Assembly: GCA_951406725.2 (NCBI GenBank)
Contig: OX597835.1
Location: 6,014,001 to 6,078,000 of the forward strand
DNA length: 64,000 nt
Direction of reading: 5' to 3'
Source of the DNA: Octopus vulgaris
Taxonomy: Eukaryota
This document shows positions 13,800 through 28,606 of the stretch, in pieces (positions within the stretch are counted from its first letter, which is position 1; each line of letters starts with the position of its first letter). The notes beneath the pieces are model-generated. The model ran no database searches, was not told where the DNA came from, and saw only the letters and a program-made list of their open reading frames with translations. Both the position numbers and the translations under genes were made by a program.

Positions 13800-14291
13800 T
13801 TATACACATGCATATATACACACACATACGCATACATATAATATATATTCATACATATACATGCATATATATGATGTATATGAATAGAGATGTTGAAAAC
13901 ATTTGCCCAAGGTGCAACGCTCGAAACTGTGTGTCTGAGAAAAAAGCTTCTTGCCTCATAGCCACGCACGCGCCTATATTCACAACCATTCAGGAAACTT
14001 TTGACAGTCATAAAGTTTGTTTTGCTTTGTGTTTTTTCTCATCTAAATATTGTGGCTTCGATGATTTTTCTAAAAAGCCTTTACTATGTTTTTAAGAAGG
14101 CTAAGGTCCTGTGACAGATGACAGCAGACCAAACTATGAAAGATATTAGTTTTTCTCAAAATTGTTCTCCGTTTATCGGACGTGGGGTGGAGGGGGAAAT
14201 TTTCTTCCGTCGTTTTTATTGATTCAATCTCGTCATTGTTATTCTTCTATATCAATCTAGGTTTATGTCCGTGTGTATTGCGTATATATAC

Positions 14292-14323
<32 letters not shown>

Positions 14324-14454
14324 CTGTATTTGTGTGTGCGCACGCGTGCATGTGTGTATGTATGTGAATGTGCGTGTTTGCGGGCGTATATAAGAGTATG
14401 CATGAGCGTTATGTGCGTGTCTGTGCTCGTTAGTGAAAGTGTGTTTGAGTGTGC

Positions 14455-14503
<49 letters not shown>

Positions 14504-14627
14504 ACAAATAAATAACAGAATCATGTTCGCCAGAATGAAATTGATTGAGAAAAAACCGCCATTTTTAACGTCAGTGAAAGTAGTATTATTTATACATACA
14601 CACATATATGCATACATATACATTAAC

Positions 14628-14692
<65 letters not shown>

Positions 14693-15149
14693 TAACATTA
14701 ACATATGTAGGAGTGCGTGTAGTATTTGTATGTGTATATAATTGCGTGTATATGTATGTATATGTGTGTGTGTATGTACATGTATGTATGTGAGTTTGCA
14801 TGTATGTACATAATCTCCAACCACAATTCCCGCTTCGTCATCAAAATCTTCGCCCTTTACCAATCATACAAAGACATTTGACAAATCATTGATCACCGTC
14901 AATCAGCAAAACTCTCCGTTAACTGGATCATTTCCTATAACTGTCAGCCATTCAATATCTGGCATCGTCTCGCTACGGCACACCTGGGCTCCCTTTAAAA
15001 TTACCCATCGTATACGCAACCAACATGGGAACCTTTGCACGGTAACTCGACTTGCTAGTAATAGCAGCCAAATCACTCTAAAATCTCACCTTAACGTTCT
15101 AAATTAAAAACTATCTAATTTTTTTGTTTTTTTATTTTTATTATTTTAC

Positions 15150-15370
15150 TGTCTTACTTATTCCAGTCATTTGACTGTAGCCATGCTGGAGCACCGCCTT
15201 GAAGAAATTTAGTCAATCGAATCGAATCGAACCCAGGACTTGTGTTTTTCTATCGGTCTCTTTTGCGATAAGTTACGGGCACTTAAGCACACCAACCCCG
15301 GTTGTCAAGCGGTGATGGGTAGACACAGACAGACACAAAGACACACACCCATAGATATATCCATATACAC
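15150..15370 (-). mobile_element. diverged SINE family A, 3' half
   Basis: CAGTCATTTGACTGTAGCCATGCTGGAGCACCGCCTT...GGTTGTCAAGCG. Confidence 0.8.
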
Positions 15371-15416
<46 letters not shown>

Positions 15417-16471
15417 ATATATATATATACATATGGATAGAACAAAATTGTGTACAGAATGTTTTGGAAGAAATAGTAGACAAGGTCGGCATGATTGGAA
15501 TCGCCCCACTCGATCAGAATTTAACTGAGGCTAGACGACTACAGCGAAGACGACTTCAACAACAATAATAAAACAACAAAAGCTGAAGTGATTAAGGATC
15601 TTTTCTATTTGGCAGCCACTTTTCAATTTCTTCAATTTTTGTTGCAACCGATTTCATATGCAACGTATTTGTGTAGTTTTGTAAAGCAATCATTGACATG
15701 AAATTCATTTTCGTCATACATCAATAAATAAATAGTTAATAGCTCTTAAATTCTGCAAATTTTGGTTAAATTTAGCAAATGTAAAGCCAGATATATAGGT
15801 GCCTGTTTCCATAGTAACAAGCCAAGCTGTTACCGCGCTGTTTGCCATGTTTTCTTCCTGTCGCTTTTTAAATGAGTAAAACACATGCGGTATGAGATGT
15901 GTTAAAAAGAACAGCTAAATAACCCTTGAATTACGCACGGTTTTGGTGGAGGTACATTATCGTATGAATTCCCGTGCGTAGAATAGAAATTCGCAAAAAC
16001 TTTCAGAAAATTTCAAAAGATAAAAAATCCATGAGGCTGTAAAAGACATGCGTAAAGAAGAATTCCGCCAATATTTCATTTCTTTACAGTTGTCAACATG
16101 TGCAGTCAAGCACAAAAATGGCAGTTTCCAAATCCCGCTTTGTGGGTGGATAAAAATGATCAAACTTTAAACCTCTAAATAATTTTTTTTTCTGGAAAAA
16201 GTGAATTATCTCCTGAGATTCAGTGTGGAAAATTACGTCATTATCCCAAATTTTAAAATTTTCGCTAAATTTAAAATTTCCACGGCTGCAACCAAAATGG
16301 AAGAGATCCGTTATCAATGTTAACTAATCCATATTCGGAACTTATGTCCCCTTGCTGTTCAAAAGACGATTTGACCATTTTTACAGATGTTTCTTCCTCT
16401 CCTAACTCCAGATTCAATTTCAAGAATTTAAATATTGAAAAGAAAGTATAAAAGATATAAAGAAGTTACTA

Positions 16472-16695
16472 TACTCTTTACTCTTTTACTCTTTCACTTG
16501 TTTCAGTCATTTGACTGCGGCCATGCTGGAGCACCGCCTTCAATCGAGCAACTCCACCCCGGGACTTATTCTTTTGTAAGCCCAGTACTTGTTCTATCGG
16601 TCTCTTTTTGCCGAACCGCTAAGTAACGGGAACATAAGCACACCAGCATCGGTTGTCAAGCAATGCTAGGGGGACAAACACAGACACACAAACAT

Positions 16696-16726
<31 letters not shown>

Positions 16727-16897
16727 CATATATACGACAGGCTTCTTTCAGTTTCCGTCTACCAAATCCACTCACAAGGCATTGGTCGGCCCGGGGCTAT
16801 AGCAGAAGACACTTGCCCAAGGTGCCACGCAGTGGGACTGAACCTGGAACCATGTGGCTGGTTAGCAAGCTACTTACCACACAGCCACTCCTGCGCC
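16472..16897 (-). mobile_element. SINE family A, full length
   Basis: Same head and tail as 7862-8272. Confidence 0.92.
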
Positions 16898-17124
16898 TAT
16901 ATTGAGTCCTTCACTGGTTATATTTACCCACCAACTCAAACGTTCCGAATCTCTTTTAGCAACACATTCCAACGTTCAATTATCTCCAATCATCTGCTTT
17001 TGACACTATTTTTACCATTCCACATTCATAACATTCAATTCATTAAAAATTTCACAAATACATTTTTTTATTCTGTTTCAATGCCTAAACTTTAAATAGA
17101 AACCAAAAATTCATTTATTCTTAT

Positions 17125-18137
<1,013 letters not shown>

Positions 18138-18551
18138 GCCATGACCTTCAGTCAGATTTTGCTATTTGTTCCATTGTTATGGGCATAATCGGTGCACGAG
18201 TAGTATGAAGCAAACACCTCTTCTTTATAAGCATGTTTTTCGGTCATTTTCTGATGAACAACGCTGCAGTTTCCGCCTACCAAATGCAGTCACCAGTCTA
18301 TGGTTGGCCTAGGGCTATAGGAGAAAATACTTACCCAAGGTACCATGGAGAGGTACTCAGCGTGTAACCATGTGGTTATGAAGCATTTTTGCACCTAATA
18401 TGTATGTGTGTGTTTACATTTGTTGCTAAATGTTCATTTAGATTATGTGTATGCACCAGTGGTCGAGTACGTGTATGCGTGTGTTCGCTGCCTTTGCGTA
18501 TGTATACTGTGATATGAGTGAGAGAGATATAAAGGACGATAGCCACTAGGC

Positions 18552-18582
<31 letters not shown>

Positions 18583-18584
18583 CA

Positions 18585-19002
18585 GGCGCAGGAGTGGCTG
18601 TGTGGTAAGTAGCTTGCTAACCAACCACATGGTTCCGGGTTCAGTCCCACTGCGTGGCATCTTGGGCAAGCGTCTTCTGCTATAGCCCCGGGCCGACCAA
18701 TGCCTTGTGAGTGGATTTGGTAGACGGAAACTGAAAGAAGCCTGTCGTATATATGTATATATATGTATATATGTGTATGTGAGTGTGTTTGTGTGTGTAT
18801 GTGTGTTTGTCTCCCTAGCATTGCTTGACAACCGATGATGGTGTGTTTACGTCCCCGTCACTTAGCGGTTCGGCAAAAGAGAACGATAGAATAAGTACTG
18901 GGCTTACAAAGAATAAGTCCCGGGGTCGATTTGCTCGACTAAAAGCGGTGCCCCAGCATGGCCGCAGTCAAATGACTGAAACAAGTAAAAGAGTAAAGAG
19001 TA
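18585..19002 (+). mobile_element. SINE family A, full length (older minus-strand fragment at about 18265-18385)
   Basis: Same head, body and tail as 4550-4965. Confidence 0.92.
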
Positions 19003-19336
19003 TATATACTTATGTGTCTGTATGCTTGTTTATACATCCTCATCACATACACTCCGTTATTCTAAGTCTGTGAAGATATAAAAATAATTGCTGCCAATTA
19101 AACGTATACACATATCTTAGTAGACCATCAGCGCAACAATATGTCTATTTCAATATGGCCCCGAAATAGACGACACATGTCTATTTCTTATCAAATGTTT
19201 CATAGCCACAAATAGATCGACATCAAAGGTTTCTACTTTCACTTTCATTTTTGACAAAGTTAATGTGTGAATCTTATGATCGATTATTGTTGTTGCTAGA
19301 GTATTGCTTGGCATCTCGTCTATGTGGACTTGTGTG

Positions 19337-19400
<64 letters not shown>

Positions 19401-19619
19401 TATGTATGTATGTGTGTATGTATGTATGTATGTATGTATGAATACATGTTTACATATAAATACACATATACATGTCTTTACTGATATATATAGTATATAT
19501 TTATATATATATAAATATATATATATATGCATACTCATGTATATATATATATATATATACGTATGCACTATGTGTGTGTATATACGCAAATGTACATGTA
19601 TACATATATACTACATACT

Positions 19620-19663
<44 letters not shown>

Positions 19664-20051
19664 GATGTGTATATGTATATACATATGTGTATGTCTGTCT
19701 GTGTATGTATGTATGTATGTATGTATGTATGTATGTATGTACCTATGTATGTATATACAGGGCAGTGAAAGGTATAGTTTGCTATAGACAGTCTTCTGAC
19801 ACCAACTTAACACTTATCACTGTATCTCAAACTCACTTCTAACAATTAACAAAACATTAATTAAGTAGTTTGTTTGGACTTTAATGGTTGGCATACATTC
19901 AGTGCGACATCTTGTTAAAACCCTGATCTAAGTAGTCTCTATGCTAGACAGAGCAACCAAATCGCTCTAAAAAACACAGGCTGATGTATGATGTAGCACA
20001 TACTACGACGTTAATGCTATTGATATTGATTGTAATAACAGAAATTTTTAT

Positions 20052-20465
20052 TGGATCAGACAATCCACTACTGTTTGACCGAGGTGCCGTGCCACAATTC
20101 CTGGCTGTCCAGGAAAGGTCATTTGCTATTACGCTTTTTCACTCTTTTTTTAAGGGGACTCGTCCCACTGACCAGACGGTTCATTTGCTGTTATTGTCTG
20201 CTGCGTGAAGAACTGAGTGGGCCTGACATGATGCGAAAAGAAACGCGCTGAGCACACGACATCCCCAGCTTTTCCTTGACCGTAAAAGGTATGGTCACCG
20301 TTTTTTGATGCGCTTTCCTGCAGCACGTCTCTTTGACTCAGCTGTAGTTCTGGATGAGGCGTGGAACAAAATTGGGTCCCTGTCTCTTATTTCTGTCATT
20401 TGGACAATGTAGTAGAAGTTTATTAGTAAAGAGCGACATCAGCCTCTGGACCCTCGAAGGGTTAA
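20052..20465 (+). pseudogene. possible piggyBac transposase C-terminus and right end (degenerate)
   Basis: Frameshifted DNPL..LTEVPCH / PLTRRFICCYC...RKETR resembles the piggyBac cysteine-rich domain; the segment ends GGG|TTAA at 20459-20465. Confidence 0.4.
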
Positions 20466-20618
20466 AAGATTTTCGTTGACTGCTACTTTTTAAATTGTTT
20501 ACAAGCTTCTATGCTCCACTGTCGTCTGTCGTTGTATTGTCATAAATATTTTTTGCGGCACTTGTGGCCAATAAAAAAATTACTATTTGTAGTAGTAGTA
20601 TTAATATTATTATTGTTG

Positions 20619-20665
<47 letters not shown>

Positions 20666-20666
<1 letters not shown>

Positions 20667-20963
20667 TATGTTTGACTTTTGCTTTATGTCTGTACAAGTT
20701 GGCTCCAAGTCTCACCCAGAGACCTCAATAGACAACAGGTTGGAAGTTCTGTGCCATATATTTGGGTTTTTTTTTTTTTTGGTGTTGTACTAGTGAATGT
20801 CTAATACATAAAAAAAAAATAAATAAAAAAAAAGTTTGTTTTAAACCTTGGGATTACATAGAGAGTATTTTGCGTAGGATATGAGCAGTTCCCATGAGCA
20901 CTATCTTTTGAATTTCTGCCATTTTGGGGTTTCCTGGTATCTGAGTTAGGTAGCAATCAGTCA
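20666..20963 (-). mobile_element. RLE-type non-LTR retrotransposon (R4/Dong-like) 3' end
   Basis: Minus strand YLTQIPGNPKMAEIQKIVLMGTAHILRKILSM* plus 3' UTR; (TTA)n on both sides. Confidence 0.7.
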
Positions 20964-21000
<37 letters not shown>

Positions 21001-21240
21001 GGCGGTGGGTTGGCGGAGTCGTTAGTATGCTGGACTAAATGCTTAGCGGCATTTCGTCTATCTTTATGTTCTGAGTTCAAATACCACCGAGGTCGGTATT
21101 GCCTTTCATGCTTGCGGGGGTCGATAAAATTTAGTTACCAGTCACGTGCCGGCGTCGATGTAATCGGCTTGCTCCCCGACCACCACCACCACTACAACCA
21201 CCCGCAAAATTGCAGGCCTTATGCGTATGATAGAAGGGAT
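21001..21240 (+). mobile_element. diverged SINE family B (alternative tail)
   Basis: GGCGGTGGGTTGGCGGAGTCGTTAG...GAGTTCAAATACC...GCCTTTCAT..GGGGTCGATAAA. Confidence 0.8.
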
Positions 21241-21357
21241 CATTATCATTGCAATGATGAAGATGTTGATGGAGATGATGATGAAGACAATGATGAAAAT
21301 GATGATGATGATGGTGATGACGACGACGGCGACGATGACGACGACGACGATAATGCT

Positions 21358-21424
<67 letters not shown>

Positions 21425-21969
21425 GTGATGATGGTGATGATGGCTTGTAATTATTTGAACAGTCAATATGAATTTGTTTAGCAGCAGTAGATAAATGTGT
21501 CTTTATTGACTTAACTAATTTAACTAATTAAAAGATTTAGTCTCCATAATAATGGATTGTATTTATTAATTGGAAGTCAATTAGCAAATGTTGTTAAATA
21601 TATTAACATAATAATAACAAAATAGCTAAACAAATTAATTAACTATACGCGCGCGAGTGAGTGTGTGTGTGTGTGTGTGTGTGCGTGTGTGTGTGTGTGT
21701 GTAGACATGTGGATGTGTGCTTTTCGGTGAATGTGGAGGTTTATTTTATGTGTGTGTGTGTGTACAAATGGATGTGCGCGCATTTTCTCTGTGTATGGAC
21801 GTAAAGGCATGCGCATGCGCGTGTGCGGTGGAAGCCGTGTATGTGTGTGCGTGTGTGTATGTGTGTGCATGTGTGTAGATGTAGATGTGTAGACTAAGAA
21901 CAAAAACAATAATCAATAAGAAAACATCAACAATTGGACACAAAAACAAGTAGAAAATAAAGACAAGAC

Positions 21970-22006
<37 letters not shown>

Positions 22007-22590
22007 CGACGACGACGACGACTGCGATGACAATAATGATGCTGATGATGATCATGAGAACGATGACGATGATAGCGATAATGATGATCACGACAACGAT
22101 TATGATGATGATGGAGGTGGTGGTGGTGGTGGTGATGAAGATGATGTCGATTATTATGGGGGTTTGTGGTTGTGGTGGCGGTGGTTGTGGTGGTGGCGGT
22201 GGTGGTGGCGGCGGTAGCGGCGGTAGCGGCGGTGGTGGTGGTGGTGGTAACGATAATGATGATCACGACAACGATTATGATGATGATGATGATGATTGAT
22301 GATGATTGATGATGATGACGACGACGACGACGATGACAATCATGATGCTTATGATGATGATCATGAGAACGACGATGATGATGGTGGTTGTGGTTGTGGT
22401 GGTGATGATGATGATGAAGATGATGTTGATTATTATGGGGGTTTGTGGTTGTGGTTGTGGTGGCGGCGGCGGTGGTGGTGGTGGTGGAGGCGGTGGTGGT
22501 GGCGGTGGTGGTGATGGTGGTGGTAATGATAACGATGATGGTATGTCGCCATCCTCCCCATCATCAGTATCATCATCATCATCATCATAA
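21970..22590. repeat. (GAT)/(GGT) trinucleotide field with an internal duplication of about 290 bp
   Basis: GATGATCATGAGAACGA and GATTATTATGGGGGTTTGTGGTTGTGG each occur twice. Confidence 0.85.
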
Positions 22591-23067
22591 ACATGGTGTA
22601 CTATCACAAGAAAAATAACAACAACAACAACAACAACAACAATAATAATAATAACAGCTAAAACATCGAAATCAATTCCGAGGACTTAATTCTGTCGTTG
22701 ATAAAAATCTTAATTTGTTTTTATAAGCAATTTGTAAAAATCAATTTCTCATTAATCCATTTGTTCATATCTCGATATGATTTCTCTTGAAAGAAGATTG
22801 ACAGATAAGGGAAATAATCAATGCTTGCATGTTAATCCCCCATTTTAAAATAATACTTGGATGTTTTTTAATTTCCTTCCCGGCATGGGATGACCAATAG
22901 AGTCATTCGATGTGCAAGAAATGATAGTCAACTCCTCATCAAATCATAATTTATTAACTTACAAAAAACAAGCATAAGTCAATGTAGTTTGGGATGTATA
23001 CAGTAAATTGATGGAATGATCACGGCTGGAACCTTTTTCAGCCTACTCAGTCGGAGCCAATTTAAAA

Positions 23068-23437
23068 TCTTTATATATAAAAGTGAAGTTGTGTGTCTGT
23101 CTCCTACGATTTAGATTCCTAACTACTCCCACATTTTGCGGTGCAGTTTAACCAAAAGCGGGTATCTTATAGTCGTGATTCATATCGAACCCTTCTGGGT
23201 ATTAGCGCGCGTCTACGATGAGTCTACGATTTTAAAAAAAATTTACCATCATTTTCCCCATTTTAATGCATTTTTTCGCTATTATATAAGTAACTCTCTA
23301 AAATGTCTACGATGAGTCAACGATTTTTTTAAAAAACTTACCATCATTTTTTTGCTATTTTTTGGCTATAACTCTCTAAAAATGCTTATATAGTTATCTC
23401 CCTTACAAGCCCGAGCAACGCCGGGCGATACTGCTAG
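23068..23437 (+). mobile_element. non-autonomous Helitron, apparently complete
   Basis: A|TCTTTATATATAAAA start; subterminal hairpin GCCCGAGCAACGCCGGGC; CTAG|T end; inserted between A and T with no TSD. Confidence 0.85.
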
Positions 23438-23601
23438 TTATATATATATTTCTTTATTCTTCTTCCTCGCACGGTAGTTTATTCCGAGATACACTTTTCC
23501 TGTTATCCTCCAAACTATTTTAGACAGTGAGATTTTGATTTTGCAACTGGACATAAACATACATGCATTCACGCACACGCACACGCACGCACACACGCAC
23601 G

Positions 23602-23659
<58 letters not shown>

Positions 23660-24509
23660 CACACATACACTTACATGCTTGTACATTTTCTTGTATGTAT
23701 AGAAAAATGCATACATAATTATATATATACATATACATACATATATACATATATATAATGTATATATATAATGTATATATATATATATCTATATATAATG
23801 TGTTTATGTAACTGTATGTATTTATAAATGTAGATGTGTATATATGTGTGTATATGTATGCGTGTGGTTTTGTATGTGTGTGTGTGTATATATATATGCA
23901 TGTGTGATGTATTAATGATAAAGCTATCGCCGTTATTTTTTCATAAAGGATATTTCTTGTTTCCACACAAAGGTAGATGTGTCTTTAATATGGTATGGTT
24001 CAATGAAAAGCTGTTAACCTATTTACACACACTCACATATACACACACACACACATACATTCATGCATACACATACGTATATATGTATTCGCGTGTGTGT
24101 GTGTGTGTGTGCGCGCGCTGGTTGCCATGTTGCAAGGTTCACAGATAAAATAACCCTCGAGTTGGTTTTGCTTCTCATCCCTCGGGTGACGATATAAAAA
24201 ATAAAAATAAAAAGCTTCAACAGCAACAACAAAAATTAAAGGAAAACCAACATCAGGTCCCCAATGCTCTCACTCGATGTGCTAGAAAGAACAGCCATAA
24301 ATTTTTTTGCGTTCGAGGTCATATGAACAGCATTTCGCTCTTAGACCAAACCATAAAAATAAGGTTTCTCCCTCGACACATTTAGATTTCGTGAACGCCT
24401 TAAAAATCAGCTATTTTAGGTAAAACTAAGAACACGGGGATTCAAGGTCCGCTGTTGTTAGGGAGAGATCGATATTATTGATTACTCCTTGTCAATCTCT
24501 CACTCTCTT

Positions 24510-24552
<43 letters not shown>

Positions 24553-24609
24553 TTGACTCCTCTCTTCTCCCGTCTCTGTCTTTCCTTCTCCTTTTCTCTT
24601 TCACACCTC

Positions 24610-24645
<36 letters not shown>

Positions 24646-24869
24646 CCAGTAGATGTTTCTTCAGCTCAGGATTGAAACAACAACTACTGACTCAAATGCT
24701 TCTAATTGCCATAAATGTTCGATGCTATAAAAGAAGACCAAATTGTTGGAAAAAAATGCCTTGTGGTATTCCTTTTCATCCTGAATTAAAATCCCGCCAG
24801 GGCCAAATTTTCCTTTCAACCTTTTAGTGCTGGCAAAATAAAGCAACTTTTAGCTGGTGTTGTTGATTT

Positions 24870-24906
24870 CCCCACGTACCCCCACGTACCCCCACGTACC
24901 CCCACG
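24870..24906. repeat. (CCCACGTACC)x3.6 tandem repeat inside an old SINE-B-like remnant
   Basis: 10-bp unit seen directly. Confidence 0.8.
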
Positions 24907-25229
24907 CCACTTACTGTGTCTCAGAATGCATCCGTTTTGTCCCAATAATTACTGCTTTTGAATGGCATTGTTGGATTTCCCAATGATCATGTTTGGATAT
25001 TTCAACCAAATCACATGACAGATACTGAGTTTTAATGACCAGGGATTCATCAGGTGGAAACGTTTCGGATTTGGAGGATAAGATTAATGCTTCCTTCAAA
25101 ATCTTTTTACTCCACCGTTTCGTTCGATCTATAAAATGCTGCTTTATCATCAAATGTATCGGAGAAACATTTCATATTTCTGACAACGTGATTTATATAT
25201 ATATACATACATACACAAATATATGTGTT

Positions 25230-25295
<66 letters not shown>

Positions 25296-26499
25296 TGTAT
25301 GTATGTATGTATGTATGTATGTATGTATGTATGTATGTATATGCATTAATACATATACATAATGTATGTATTTATATATAAGTATATATTTCCAAACATA
25401 TGTATATATATATACAGATATATATACACACATATATATATAATATATATTATATTATGTATGCATGCATGCTTGCATGTGTGTATTGTATATACTACGA
25501 ACAAGTATCTGCTGAAGGTCTGACTGTCTCTACCGATACATGAAAAAGCCGAAAGGCTTATCTGTTTTTGACAATATATTTTTATATCTTGTTTACAATA
25601 TTTACAATGTTTTCGCCAGCGAGAGAACCATCGACTGACGTAAACATGAAAGAGAGAAGTGGTGGCACTAGAGATGACTCACCCTCAGAATAAACGCAGT
25701 AGAAGTCATCAAATAAACAAATTGAAATATATATATAAAAAGAAAAATTTTCAAAATGGCAAAAATCACAAGAAAAATAATAATGATAATAAGAGACAGG
25801 TAAACTGGAAAGCATAGAATGTCAGAATTTAATATCCCAAAAGGCAAATTTGCACAGCATAAACAAAACTGATAGCAACAATGCACACACGGACACACTG
25901 ACACACATGGGTATACGCAAACATACACACATTTATCGAAAGAATAAAGATGTCCGTCGTAGTCTATTTTGAGAATTTACTCAGCAACGACGACAATGAT
26001 GACGACAGCAGAAACAACAGCATTGACTGTTGCAGAGAAGCACAACCATTGTCAAGAGAGAAAGGCATTCATGAAAACGGTAGTTTTGACGCAATTTAGC
26101 CATCATCGAATTCATTAATATGGACAATCCAAAGCAGAACTGCAGAAAAATTATATTTGTAAGGACCGCATTTCGTTGATGGAAACTTTATGTAGCAGCA
26201 GACAAGCAAAATGCTAATCTCTCTTTGTTTTTTTTTAAGCAGAGGGGGCTTTGTCTGTACCCTCGAAGTACTAGTTTAGGGAAGTTCTCGGTGATATCAG
26301 GTAAAGTATTTTGTACATAGAGAGAGACAAGGGCTACGGACCGTCTGCCCGAACATCAGGAACGAGGGCGAGGTGAAATAACAGGCAAAAATAGGGGAAA
26401 TACCTGATAATAAGCTTGCACTTCATTACATCAAGTACCACTCGGTGGTTTTAAAGTGATAATGACCTTTAATATATTGGGTTTAAATGTTTTTGACAC

Positions 26500-26660
26500 A
26501 AGGCTAGCAAGTTTGATTACATTGACACCAGTTTTCAACTGGTACTTAATTTATCCACCCCTGAAGGATGAAAGGCAAAGTCGACCTCGGCAGAATTTGA
26601 ACTCAAAACGTAAAGACGGATGAAAAAGCATTTTACCGGGAATGCTAACGATTGTGCCTT
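26500..26660 (-). mobile_element. older SINE family B copy
   Basis: AACTGGTACTTAATTTATCCACCCCTGAAGGATGAAAGGCAAAGTCGACCTCGGC. Confidence 0.8.
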
Positions 26661-26741
26661 CATGACCTTTGGGATTCAACAAAATTCGCTACGAGAAGTG
26701 ACGGGTCCCAGAGTCGTAAGGTGGTCTTGCAGAACTTAACC

Positions 26742-26971
26742 TATTTCTTTATTACCCACTAGGGGCTAAACACAGAGGGGACAAACAAGGACAGACATAG
26801 GTATTAAGTCGATTACATCGACCCCAGTGCGTAACTGGTACTTAATTTATCGACCCCGAAAGGATGAAAGGCAAAGTCGACCTCGGCGGAATTTGAACTC
26901 AGAACGTAACGCAGACGAAATACCGCTAAGCATTTCGCCCGGTGTGCTAACGTTTCTGCCAGCTCGCCGCT
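26742..26971 (-). mobile_element. SINE family B, full length, young
   Basis: Perfect 15-bp TSD TTGCAGAACTTAACC at 26727-26741 and 26972-26986; tRNA-like head GCGGCGAGCTGGCAGAAACGTTAGC. Confidence 0.93.
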
Positions 26972-27162
26972 TTGCAGAACTTAACCACTGATATTTTCAC
27001 CTATGTATGTATGAAAAACTCTAAATGTTATTCATGCTTTAAATTAATGTAAATCTCGTTTTAATTATTGTTTTTTTTTTATAATTTTGGAAATATTTTG
27101 CATTTATTAAATTAAAATGCATTCATTATGTAACGTCTTCTTCCATCGCCTCATTCTTTTCT

Positions 27163-27237
<75 letters not shown>

Positions 27238-28215
27238 GCACTCTTTCTCTCACTTTCACTTTCATTTTCTCTCTTTCGAAACCAGCCATTTTTGGAAAAA
27301 GTTCTCGCATCGGTGCCATGCCAGACCTTCTAACAGCTTTCTGTGCACTCACTGAGAAAGAAAAGAGAACGGAAATGGCATTTCGACTACACTATATAAA
27401 GTGAATTTTATTTAAGACGGCTGTGTGTAATTTGAGGGAGGTTTGACTGTTATTTCTTGTTAATTGGAATACATCACAATATTCAACTTCACTCGCTCCT
27501 TTAAGTTCTAAGATTAAACCTAACAACAGACGGCAAGAAATTGATATTGTATATTCTTTCAAGATTTGGCGGCGGAAAAATGGAAGAAGAAGGAAAAAAC
27601 GAACTTCACTGCATGTAAGATATGTCCACTTTGTCAAAACATCGATCGATCATCAATAGAAGGTAGACAAAAACTGCAAATCGATCAGTGAATGACAAAC
27701 GAAATGAAAGTCTATCATGTATTTTCTGATAAAAACTTTTGTTATGGATTTGGTGAATATATAATTCTTTTATTCTTTTATTCTTATTCATCTTTCATGT
27801 TTTTCTGATTTTAGCATAATTTTCTCTTCGTACAAGGAATCTTGGGTAACAAAGTTTTGCAAAGTCTCATTGTCTTTTCTTCTCTGTTGACGACAACGAC
27901 GACGTCCGGAAATTGCATAAACCAGGAGGTGTGAATGAAATGGAATGGTTAAATAAGGAATCGATCTTCACATCAATAGCTTACCTTCAGACTAAGATAC
28001 GAGAAAGGAATCATTTCCTCTCTGGATAACTGTATTTATTTCCATTTAATAAGACACAAAGGAGAAGACACAATGCGGCGGCAGAGACGGAGAAGTTATA
28101 TTTTGACGTTGAGAATTTCTTTTTTTACACAACAGAGAAGCGATGGCTTGTTTCAAAGACTATATTATCGCAAAAGAAGAGGTCGACGGTTCGAGTCGTT
28201 GTACAAGGAATGTAA

Positions 28216-28606
28216 AGGAGGGGGAAGCACTCCGTCGGTTACGACGATGAGGGTTCCGGTTGATCCGAATCAACGGAACAGCCTGCTCGTGAAATTAACG
28301 TGTAAGTGGCTGAGCACTCCACAGACACGTGCACCCTTAACGTAGCTCTCGGGGATATTCAGCGTGACACAGAGAGTGACAAGGCCGGCCCTTTGAAATA
28401 CAGGTACAACAGAAACAGGAAGTAAGAGTGAGAGAAAGTTGTGGTGAAAGAGTACAGCAGGGATCACCACCATCCCCTGCCGGAGCCTCGTGGAGCTTTA
28501 GGTGTTTTCGCTCAATAAACACTCACCACGCCCGGTCTGGGAATCGAAACCGCGATCCTATGACCGCGAGTCCGCTGCCCTAACCACTGAGCCATTGCGC
28601 CTCCAC
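28216..28606 (-). mobile_element. SINE family C (tail type Y), full length
   Basis: 13-bp TSD ACAAGGAATGTAA at 28203-28215 and 28607-28619; head and body shared with 6507-6700. Confidence 0.93.

Noticed and set aside
15746-16432. Possible MITE with weak inverted ends TTAAATTCTGCAAATT / AATTTCAAGAATTTAA
   Set aside because: AT-rich imperfect match, no second copy in the window and no clear TSD
25040-25155. Scattered CTGATGA and GAAAC motifs on the minus strand
   Set aside because: Could not build paired stems in a valid hammerhead order
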